Origin: Nemertoderma westbladi
Lineage: Eukaryota > Animalia > Xenacoelomorpha
Direction of reading: 5' to 3'
NCBI GenBank assembly: GCA_032718475.1
Contig: JAUCBJ010006632.1
Coordinates: 1 to 64,000 of the forward strand
Length of the DNA stretch: 64,000 bases
Shown: positions 37,601-49,000 of the stretch, one piece after another
Layout of the letters: each line of letters opens with the position of its first letter
How positions within the stretch are numbered: the stretch's first letter is position 1
Program-made: the position numbers and the translations under genes
Notes under the pieces: generated by a model
Databases searched by the model: none
What the model saw: only the letters and a program-made list of their open reading frames with translations
Told to the model about the DNA's origin: nothing

Positions 37601-38338
37601 GCCATTTTCAAAGACATTTGTATACAGAACTTACATTCCTCTGTTATACAAAGACCTCGAATCCCCATGGGTTATTCTATCGTGGAAGTTCAGACACTGG
37701 GTTCGCTTGAGGAGACAGCTACGCCTACCTCAGCTATGCAATTGGAAGACGAACCAATATGCTTAGAAACCGAGGAGATTCAGCCCACAGCGCCCCGGAG
37801 CAGAGACAACGACTACGTCTTGGAATGGTATCAAGGTCCACAATGTCTCACTGCGTACGATTATCAACATGCCAATTATGTTTCTAGGAAACGTTGCCGA
37901 TTGTGCGCATCTTGAGACCATTTCACCCCGGAGTACTCCAACGTGCCCTGCTCCTACTTCCATGAACAGCCTATGATGGAGATCTATTGTGCATATTGTA
38001 GACTCAATGACTTGCACATTTTCGCAGTCTGCCCCCAATTTATGACTCAATGCCATCATTGTCAGTTTAAAGGACATGCAAGTTTTGATTGCCCTTTCAA
38101 TCGCGATCTGGAAAGCGTAGATGAAATGATTACCCTACGCTATATCCGAGCCTGGGAAGCAAACACAGATTTACATTGTGAGTCACGTCATCGCTATTAC
38201 CCTGGACGTGCCTACGAAGGGGTTTATGCATTCCACCCGTACCTATTCGCGTCCGTGGAACAAAAATCTTGCACGCCGAGTTACGAACTAATGAAGCGTG
38301 TTGGCGAGAATATTTCGACCAAATTTGTTCATAAATAA
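34614..38338 (+). pseudogene. Element A extra 3' ORF: DEDDy 3'-5' exonuclease-like domain plus zinc knuckles (frameshifted)
   Basis: ExoI VTYDNEG (~36714), LP..V..MLFNKRILKIGSAVYGD, PFVDIQL, PLRPSLAIYTIFE. Then CRLC..H, CAYC..H..C and CHHCQFKGHASFDC. Colinear with C's 52272..55987. Confidence 0.75.
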
Positions 38339-38364
38339 ACTTATTAGGTTATGGGTTATGTATG

Positions 38365-39461
38365 TTATATATTATAGGTTATGAATTTCATAACCACATC
38401 TACTACATCCACGACTAGGAGAAAAAGTGGTGATCTCGACTTATCTGGTCGAGATTTGGATGCTGGGTGGGATCTGGATCTAGCAACTCTATTAACAGAT
38501 GAAAAACTTCCTCTTTTATCGCTATTCCATGTGGATTCAGCTTTTCGGCAGAAATCAAGTGTTTCTGGAAGAGTTGGGAATTCTTCCTTTTCAGATAGAC
38601 GGCGGGCAACCTCCCTATCCTGGAGGCTGGCTTGTATCCGGATCACAATACGTTTGTCATGGCATTCCTGACAGATATCTGCATCTTTTGCCAAATCACA
38701 GAGCGACAGATAGAAATCATCAAAAAATTCCCCTTGGCGTTGTTTACGAGCTTCAAATTGTATATGATCCACCCATGGATTTTGGCGTTTACGTAGATAG
38801 CGAACAATCGCATCCACAGTTTCATCGACGGTTGGTTGATCTGGATTTACAGCTTGAATTTCAATTGCATCGTGTTCAATCATCCGCTTTAAATCATCGC
38901 TGAGCATTGATCGAAGTCCGGCCATCTGTTCATCATAACCTAGTTGTGGCATATGTTGTAGTGTGGCGAAATCCCGAAAATTTTGTCTCCAGGCAATAAA
39001 ATCAGGATATGTGTCCTGATGTTTAAGTTTTTGAGGAAGGGAGCAGCAGCAGTGCGAGCGAGTGTAGTTTGAGATGTCCGTGCGCTAGGAGGTCGGGTTT
39101 GATCTCCATGCGGGGGCAGAGTCCGATCCTGATGTGTCACATTTCCATCTCCTCGTAGAACTTCAACTAACTGAATAAACTCATGTTGTCGTCGCTTTGC
39201 ATCTTCCTCTCGTCGAAGACATTCCTCCTCACAATCAATCCGCATTTGCTCTAACAATGTAGATAACAATTCATGGTCTGCGGGGTTCGCAGAAATTTTA
39301 CGGTGTCGCATCATGGGCATGGTGTCCGTTGGTGGGGAACCAATAATATCACTGGTAAAACCAAAAAATGGGGTTGAAAAATCGTCAGATCCGCCTACAG
39401 CACCTAAAGGCTGTTGGGGCGGACTATCGGTAGGTTTAACAGGTTGGGTAGACTGATCCAT
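38365..39461 (-). pseudogene. Gypsy-type gag, frameshifted and truncated at the zinc knuckle
   Basis: RKQRQGEFFDDFYLSLCDLAKDADIC gag motif; CSRCGYEIH in an adjacent frame. TGG-type PBS (TGGTGTAGTAAGG, minus strand, ~39524-39536). Probable short LTR split by element C (~39542-39551 plus 59789-59903). Confidence 0.75.
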
Positions 39462-39551
39462 TGAATTACAGAATTACCGGTAGTTTTTTTTTTGTAGGCC
39501 TATTTGTCTGTATGTGAATGTAGCCTTACTACACCAATATATGACTATACG

Positions 39552-41735
39552 TGTTACGGTATATGGCGCTGTATCCACAGTATTAGTCCATTATGCAGTA
39601 TGCAGTATTAGTCCATTATGCAGTATGCAGTATTAGTCCGTTATACTGTACGTAATATTAGTCCGTTGTGCAGTATAATTATTTAGATAAGGCGCAGTGT
39701 GGTGACATTTAGGTAAGGAAGTTAAAACGCCCATATATTTTGCATCCATTCATTTTGTATAGTATGTAGCCCTACCTACGTAATTTTGTATTAGGATATA
39801 TGTAGATAGTTCCAGGGTAGCGAGTTTACTCGGACCCTGGATTTTGTGCTTGCTGATATTAGTTTGATAGGGCTAGCATATAGGGACGCTGTCCTGGCCA
39901 TTCAGCAGCCAGAGACGTGATCCATTACCATATATGGTAATAATTTGAGGGCATAGGGCTACAATCCGGTCTCCTTATTGGATTAACTGCTTCCAGGTTG
40001 GTTTAATGCTAGCATGGACTGGAGAGCCAATGGGAGAGCGATTGAGTCACCTTATTGCATCACCCCATCGGGATCACCTATAAATTGGCGGTGTGCCGGT
40101 AGGGCCTTTTGTTGTTCATATGTTCATGCCTTATCACATGACACACCCCTGTTACAATTTACTTGCTGAGCTGTCTCTAATTTTGTATTAGGATATCGTA
40201 TTTTCTGCAATTTGCTAATTTTGATTAATTTCTTGGAATGATTTGCTAGTACGATTACTTTGCTTGTGTTTCTCAATAATTCCTTCGATTACTGCAAATT
40301 ACAATCGAACTATGATTTCTACCTTTGATTGATGGTTCTATGTGATTCTTTTCTGCGCAATAATCCCAAGGGATTCCTGAGACTGTCAGACTTTGTGATT
40401 TGCATGCGCCGCTACGGTAGCTATTAGCATCATGGAGGGCTAAGGTGCCAGTGGGCGGTGGGCGCATCGGGGGATTGAGCGACTAGGAGAGAGCGGAGGA
40501 TTCAAAGCGGGCAACGCTGGCCAGGGTCACCGTTGCCGCCGGGTATCTTGCACTGCGGCACGCAGACCGATCGCCGGTACAGTATCTAGGGGGCTGATGA
40601 TCCAGGTTTTGTCTCTATTTAGTATTAGGGGGGCAGGAATTGGGTTAGTTAGGAATCCTAGATGTACCCGGGAGAGGCCTGCGCGTCCGCGTATTACAAC
40701 GTTGAGTGTGGAGTACGAGTAGTGAATTGCACAATTGTAAACTGTGATTTCTAACGCTGATTGGTGTGTTATTGAAGTGTGCCTAAGATTACGAATGCTT
40801 AGATAGGCGCTCTTTTCCTTTGATTGATTTCTATTTCTTAGTTACAATAATTAGTTATTGATTAGGTCAAAGTAATACGGCAATTTAGGCTATTACTAGC
40901 GAAACCTGTTGCGTGATAAATTAGAATTACGTATTCTGGAACTCTTAGTAATTAGTACGCTGTTAAATATTTGTGACTGTAATTAATTAGTAAAAAATTA
41001 AGAATTAGTACGCAGCATAGCGGAGAGTAGCTAAGGTAATAATTAGTGTACTGTAAACTATTCACGCTGAGCGGTTATTTGCATTAGCGGGCAATCAGCT
41101 AGAACGCACTATTCGGTACGCACGATACGCTAGTAATTTTGCTGGCCTAAAGCCAGTCGCGGGCAGTTTTAGACTCGGAGTGGTATTATCCACGTAGAAA
41201 CAGATACTGTACCATTTTGATATTTTAAATATTCTCGCATTCACACATTACGTTAGGGAACCTCCAGTATTCGCGATTAGAAAGACGTAGGTAATAGCGT
41301 GCTTTAATAGTGATAGAATTAGGCGTAAGAATACTCTGAGTGCAAGGCCTCTCGCACTCGTCTTAAGTAAACTTAGGGAGCCGACTCGGGTTTATTGTTT
41401 TGGTTATTCCTGCGTGGCTCATAGATTCGAACAGTTAGCTCTCTATCGAGCAATCGGTAGAGAAAGGAACAAGCGATTTTGCAGGAGTTGTGTAAATTTA
41501 GTAAAATATATTAGCGGACGGCAGATTAGCGCCATCTAACGGTAAGTAGCGGTTTGTATTTAGCAACCCTTACAATTTAGTAATATCACGCTCCTGAGCC
41601 CCTTTACTTAACAGTAGAGCAGTCTTTGTGTCTTATTGGTTAGACGAGAACTTATTAGGTTGGCAGAAGGATATTAACGGGTATTGGTCTGTTCAACAGT
41701 TCTGCTGTTAGTATAGAGGTCGCGGTTGTTTATCA
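39552..41735 (+). mobile_element. 5' LTR of element C (2184 bp)
   Basis: TGTTAC...TTATCA, repeated at 57608..59788. Contains ~25-bp tandem units CAGTATTAGTCCATTATGCAGTATG at ~39578-39678. Confidence 0.97.
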
Positions 41736-43064
41736 GTAATACGCGTTTTTGTTTTGCTGTACTGCGTACAGTAAATACGAATTAGATTACTGTATTAGGT
41801 ACTGTACTGCGTACGGTGAGACAGAGAGTATTCTTAGGCTGATTAGTTTAGATTACTGATACTTCGTATCAGTAATACGCGCATATTGCTTTGCTGTACT
41901 GCGTATAGTAAGGCAGATAGTGTATTCTTAGGCTGATAGTAGTATCACAGTATTAAGTAATAAGTTGGAGCACGTGATCGTCTGCTGTAGGCTATAGGCT
42001 AGCGTACAGTAAGACATTGAGTTTATTCTATTAGGTTGTTAGTTTAGATTACTGTATTCACTGGCTGCGTACAATAGTACAGTAGTACATTAGGCTGATT
42101 GTTGTTACTGCGGACGGTAGAAGGACATTTGTTTGCCGTACCACACACAGTATCATTAGGCTGTTAGGTTGGTGTACTGTTTTACTTACTGTGCTGCATA
42201 CAGTGAATGTACGGTAGTGCGTTTTGCTAATTGCGAATACAGCAGTTCCTTAGGCCTTAGGGCAAACAGTAATTAGTAAGTTTTTTGAAAATTTTAGCTA
42301 GGTTTGCGAGAATTCAGTTTTCGGTCAAAATTATTTTGTAAAATTCTAGAGTTTTGTACCGGTATGTTAGGTAACCGCTTAGTTATTTTATACCATCTGG
42401 AGATACATGGCAAGACGGAACTTCTGAGTTTGGGGTTTGTGTGGGTCTGCGGGTTCGGTTTGCAATCAGCGAAGGGCCTGAATCTTTGGACGCGGACGTG
42501 GAATCTCACAGCAAACAAGGTTGGTTGTTCTGTTGGCACCAGTGTGTTTGTGGAAGCAGTAAAAAATTACCGGTTGTTTAACTGCGAAGCTGAACTCAAT
42601 TTATTAGTTAGGATATTTAGGTTTAGCCGGCCATGGTTTTTTGAATCGCTCAAGTTAGAGAGAGAGTTAGAGAGAGTCGCAACCCGAAGATGTAGCCACG
42701 CGCTAGTGGATACATATAATATTTGAAATTAAAATTACGTTGATTGGAGCTATATATATAAAATTAGAAATATTCGGGTGGCAAGTTTATTTTGAATATT
42801 TTGTATTAGATTCAAAGTTATTTTGTGCTATACCGGTATTTAATACTATATAGTAGCTATATAATAATATTTTTTGTTTAAATATTGTGTTAGTATTTGC
42901 TATAACTATATACCCCATTAAATTCACAATATTGCATTGCGAATTTATTTGACATTTGGACCAACTGATTATTTGACAAATAATTTGACCGTATTTCGGT
43001 TAAATTATAATTATATCTCGAACTTTTGCGAGATTTTTGCCAGAAGGCAAATATTATTTAGACT

Positions 43065-46000
43065 ATGAGTGTCTCAGACAAAGAGGCACTAGAGGACAGC
43101 TATGAGACGGCGGCTGGACCGCCGACTGACGATAGCGTAAATATTACTGTTGATGACAATGCCGACTATGACGACGCAGCGAGCGACGCTGACGTAAGTG
43201 AACAGGAGGACGAGACAGTGACTAGTGAGGAAGAACAGCAGCCTCAGGTAATAGTATTAGGATCCCCTACCGCTACTGATAGGAAGGACTGTATGGCAGC
43301 CCGGACAGAGGTGAGTGATAGGGAGGGTAGTGTAGTAGAAGCGAGAGCCCGGAGCCCGGTTTCCAGACCTGTGGGTATGGTAAGTGCCGTGGTCCCGACG
43401 GCTGTTAGGAGTACCTGTAGTTCCCGAAATAATCCTTCAAGTCCACCAAGTGTGAGTCAGGTAAGCGAGAGAGAACTTGATATCGCGATAAAGAAGAAAC
43501 TTCGCGCGCATGCCGGACATATAACTCGGACGGCGGACAAGGTAAGGAAGATGTTAGCTGACCCAGCGAACATCGGGAGGGTAGAGTTAGTAGAGATTAG
43601 AAGAGGATATAACTCAGCGTTATTCAAGCAGACGGAGGAGCTTGCAGTCCTAGCGAAGAAGGCAGTAGAGTCTCAGTCGAGCGACGTAGCAACGAGGATT
43701 TACGACAGGGTTTTAGCAGCCTTGTTAGAGCACCGCGAGTTATCGGAGCGATTCCGACGAGTTAGGACGGAGAACTGGCTGCTATGGGCATCACAAACGC
43801 AGGCGACTCAGGTGAGTGACGCAGAGTTAAGAGACTTAGTGGAGCGGGAAGAGATCCAAGATAAGGAAGAGCGCCGTTATCAGAGGGAAGTTACTAGCTG
43901 GCTGATGCAGAATGGAGTGGTGGTACCAGGCCAGGTGCTACCGACGACGGAGAACATTCAACAGAGGACGTTGACTCCACCCGACGACGCATCTAGAGAC
44001 AGCGGCGATTCCCAGGTTAGTCACGCGCGAGGTAAGGTAATATGTGCTAGATCCCTTGTTTCTCACAACTCGGCGGAGGAGAGAAGACGCCGACTAGACG
44101 AACAGCAGGCGGAAGTTTTGCGTGCACAGGAAGCACGGAAGGAAGCCGAGCGGGAACGGGAGCGCACACGTAAGTTGGACGCAGAGTTACGAGAGTTGGA
44201 AGAGATAAGTAAGCGCGAGCGAGCGGAACGCGAGCAAAGGGAATGTGAACTCCAAGCCGAGCGCGAGCGCGAGGAACTCGAATGCGAACAGAGAGAACGC
44301 GAACTCCAACTCGAATGCGAACGGGAAGCGAAGAAACGCGAACTCCAACTTGAATGCGAACGGGAAGCGAAGAAACGCGAACTCCAACTCGAACGCGAAC
44401 AGGAAGCGAAGAAACGCGAACTCCAAGCCGAACGCGAGCGCAAGAAACTCGATCGTGAACAGAAGGAGCGCGAGCTTCAACTCGAACGCGGACGCAAGGA
44501 ACGCGAACTCGAGATCGAGAAAAGAAGACGCGCATTGTATGAAGAAAAGGCGCGAGTGGAAGAAGAGAGCGCAGCGAGACGAGCGAGGGAAGAAGAAGAG
44601 CGTAAACTGGCGCAGTTGGAAAGTGCGAGATTAAGTTTAGAGAGCGAAGAACGGACTAGGAAGGCGAACGAAATCGCCGAGAAGGGGATGCGAATGCTCG
44701 AAGAATGTGGGGCGAGTGTGGGGACAGAGTTGCGAGAACTGTTCGCACTGCAGAAGGCCGAACAGGAAGCGAGAACTCCGACTATACGCGAGTCAACGAC
44801 GACCAGAATTCCTATACCCGGTCCAGCTATTACGAGTACACGGATCGTTAAACCGTTCTCTACATATCGCACGCCAGTTGGTATTAGTGCTTCACCTATC
44901 GCCCAGGATCTACGTCATCGGAACGCCGCACCACTGTATACCGAACGTGACAACGGAGAATTTAGAGAAGAAACTCCAACGGGACGAGTATTTGGCGAAC
45001 CGAACCCGCGGGTTTGGAATACGCGGACGGAGCGCCGACCCAGTTCGACGGAGAACTTCCGGGTTAAACCGGAAGAGGGATCATATGAGAGACAGCGGAT
45101 TACTCAGATAGAGCCGACTATACAACAGAACCCTAGCCAGGAATTTATTACGAGGGATGAGTTAAGTGCTAGTTTAGCGCAAGCTATATCGCCGCACATC
45201 CAACCTATAACGGACATGCTTAGCAACCTACGGTTAAAGGAAGCAGCCCAGGTAAGAAGTAATTCTAATCCTAGCAGGCCTGAGTTAGATAAAGTCCAGC
45301 CTAGTCAACGAGTACGCATATCGGAGGAGACTATACCACATAGACCTCAGGTAAGGACGCCTGTCCCGAATATCCATAATCCCAATTTCGAAAATTCGGC
45401 AGAAAGATTTATTGAGGAAGCTTGGGTCAGGGCCTCGGCGCGCAAACCATCGCGAGCGCTAAGGACTGACACTGAGTCAAGCGATGAAGAGGAAGAAATG
45501 AGATGTCAGAAGTCCCGAAACTATAAGGAAAGAAGGACGGACGCGGAGCAGGTAAGTTGGAACCACCGGGAAAGGACCAGACTTAACAACACTGCGGAAC
45601 TAAACCATTTGTTAACCCGGAACGACGCAACCCTTAGGGACATAGGTAAGTTTGCTGCTAGGCAAGGACTGCCGACGCAGCAACCCCAGAAGTTTATGGG
45701 TAACCATAAACATTGGAGGACCTTCAAAACCTATGTCGACGAGCAGCTAACCAACAGCACCTTTACTCCCAACGAAAAGTTCAACTATTTGCTTCAGATG
45801 CTCCATCGAGAACCTAGAGCCATTGCTGATAATTTCGTCGGCAATGAAAGAGCATTTGAGTTAGCGATGAAGATGCTTAGTGACATTTACGGGAATAAAA
45901 CCAAGATGGCGCAGTCGATAGTAGAAGACTTGGGTAAGGGCGGAAGGATTACAACTCCGTTAGAGCTGTTGAACTTAGCAAACGCTATTTCGAACGCATT

Positions 46001-49000
46001 GGACATCTTGAGGACGGTGAATCTACCTCATCATGGTGATCACGCCGAAGTTTTGAAAAGCGTAATAAGACGTTTAAACATGCGTTACAGACAGAAATGG
46101 CGCAAATTAGAGAATAAGTTGGAGGGCCAAGGTAAGGTGTTGACACTTCAGCATATTCATGACATGATAGCCACAGACGCAGTAGCAGAGATGAAATCAA
46201 ACTTCTCAGAAGAGAATATGAGGGAGTCTAAACCTGTTACCGGTAAGTCTATGGTAAGTTTTGACGATGACAGGACCACTGTGACATTTAACTCAGTAGA
46301 CAGATATAATTCGAATACCCCAGCCTTTAGATCAGACTCGCGAGTATGGTCAGGTGAGCGGTTAGATAGACCTAGGTTAAAGCAACAGGAGTTGCCGGAT
46401 GGATTTGTAGGTTGCCAATACTGTTTACTAAAGGAGGTAAGATCTGACGACCATAAGTTAGATAGTTGCAGACGGTTCAAAGAATTAAATTCGGAACAGA
46501 GAAGAGTTCAAGTGCGGACGTTGGACACCTGTTGGGCATGTCTTGCGCCAGGTCATGTACGGCGGCAGTGCCCGAACAGCAAGGACGGATGCATGGAATG
46601 CGGCAGACTACATCACAAGTTGCTACATGCGGATTTCCACACCCCAACGGACCGTTACTTACAGCGAAATCCTCAAAGGAAGGGGAGCAAAGAACCCGTA
46701 TCGATAAGGAGGAATACGTACACTGGCATCCAGGACGATGGTTACCAACCAGGTTCGTCGGACGAGGATGGCGAGTCGAGCGCGAGAGAAGTGACCTGCC
46801 AAGGTTTCACCGCGGATAGTTCATCGACCAGCGCGCGGACGTATTTATCATCGGCCACGTCGGAAATATTTAGCGTGATTCCGGTGAAACTCACTGGCGA
46901 TAAGGGATCGAAACGAATATATGTGATGCTGGACACTGCGTCCACATTATCGTATATCGACGAGGAAGTGGCGAGAGCCGTTTCTAGCTTCCAGGACGCC
47001 GAGGAGATCCAAATAGAGTTGAAGTCTATGCATGGGGTAGGAGACCTCAAGGTACACAGAATTTCGGTGGAACTAGATTCCCTACTTCCGAGAGACCAAC
47101 ACACTCGACAAGAACGGAAAGCTTTGCCATTGGACGGATTTAAGTGTCTAGCTATGAAGGGATTCGGCAGGCAGTTAGGTAAGGTGCCGCCGATGAGTCC
47201 CATAGCACAGGAGTATTTTGACAAGCTCAGGATACCCAGACACCAGGTAGGTTATAGGAATGTTTCTATGTTGATTGGTGCAGAACAGCTGATCGCACAC
47301 CAGATATGGGAAACGAGACCAGCTGAGCCGCATGTCAATGGACCACATGCCCATAGGACCATACTAGGTTGGTATACACGAGTACCCATGTCTTATGAGT
47401 TTACAGGTGGCGACAAGCCAATGGACAGATACGATGAATTACAGCCTATAATTCAACCACCGTTAGTAGAACCACCAGACATAGACGAGTTTAGGAGAAC
47501 CTGTATTGACCACTATAGTGACTTTAGCGAGTCGGACGAGGAGTTGATTCCCGATAATGTTAGGTTGTCGGAACCACTTCACAATGACCGGACAGATAGT
47601 GAACCCGAGGACTACTGTTATCAGACCCGTGGGTCTGGTTCAGCGGCCCACGCTACCTATTTGACTAACGTTTTGACTTATACAGACATAGTGGAGGGTC
47701 AAGTGGCTAAATATCGAGACCTAGACATTTTCCAATACAGTGAGGAGGAATTACAGAAGGAATTGATACGCCAGGACCTCGAGACAGGAGCCAGAACCGT
47801 CGAATGGCTGGACAGGGACGCAATGGAACCCGGTGGATATGACCTAGCCATGTCTACTGATGAGAAGCGGTCGCTGGAGATGATGGAAGATACCATACGT
47901 CTACTACCGACTGGACATTTTGAAGTTGGAATGTTGTGGCGTCGACAACCACCTAAGTTGGAGAACAACTACAGCTTAGCCTTGAAAAGATTAAACGGAG
48001 TAAGGGCTCGGTTGTTGAGGAATCCAGGCATTAGGGAGAAGTATTGCGCCCAGATCAACAACTATTTCGCCAAGGGATTTGCTGGGAAGGTAGAGGACCC
48101 TGACTTAGTGACAGACCAGACTTAGCTTCCACACCACTATGTGACTCACCCTGACAAGCCAGACAAAGTCCGAGTAGTCAACGACTGCGCAGCAGTCTAT
48201 AGAGGTATGTCCCTGAATTCAGAGTTGATGGATGGTCCCAACCTGAATAACTATTTGATTGGAATACTGTTGCGTTTTAGACAGCGGCGATTCGCATTTA
48301 CTTGTGACATCGAGGCGATGTTCCACCAGGTAAGAGCCTGTAAGGCAGACCAGGATAGCCTTCGATTTCTCTGGTTTGAGAATGAAGACTTATCCGGCCC
48401 AGTGGTTACATACCAAATGTACGTTAGGATATTTGGCGCCCGCGATAGTCCGAATGGCACGCTGTTCGTTCTAAAGAAAACGGCAACAGCCCAGATTGGT
48501 AAGTACCCAGTAGAAGTAATCGAGTCCATCTTGAGAAACTTCTATATGGACGACGGATTGGTGTCCAAGGACACAGCGGAACAAGCCATAGAAGTGGCTC
48601 ACGGCCTGCAAGAGTGCTTGGCTACAGGGGGTTTTCCTCTAACCAAGTTCACTACTAACTCGGAGGCCCTATTAGAATCGTTCCCGGTAAAAGATCGCGG
48701 GAGCGGAGACATTGAATTGGGGGTAGAACCAATCCCCATGGCGCGAGTACTGGGACTCGCTTGGAATCCGAACTCGGATAAGTTCCAGGTAAGAGTTAGA
48801 TTTGAGCCCAGTAGCCCAGACAAAGTTTTGACAAAGAGAATTTGCTTATCGACATTAAGTAGACTATTTGACCCGATGAACTTTATCAGTCCGGTTATAT
48901 TACAGGCACGAGCGTGCATGAGGAAAATTTGGTTGTCCGACTTAGAGTGGGACGAACCAATATCTCCTATACATGCAAAGCAGTGGAGGGAGTGGGAAGC

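Larger units (their letters stand above)
4807..38340 (+). mobile_element. Bel/Pao LTR retrotransposon A (decayed, interrupted by element B, 3' end missing)
   Basis: 5' LTR, ~2.2 kb leader, gag-PR-RT (8164..13401), RT-RNaseH-IN resuming at 30012..32907, and extra 3' ORF 34614..38338. No PPT or 3' LTR found. Confidence 0.9.

Noticed and set aside
40594-40625. CTGATGA as a hammerhead ribozyme core in LTR C
   Set aside because: No stem II followed by GAAA and no closing stems found.
44047-44872. Several antisense and alternative-frame ORFs
   Set aside because: Shadows of the repetitive coiled-coil Gag coding sequence.
48123-48125. Programmed stop read-through in C gag-pol
   Set aside because: The stop falls in the conserved RT-proximal (Y/W)LPHH motif, and Bel/Pao gag-pol is normally one ORF. 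More likely a disabling mutation.
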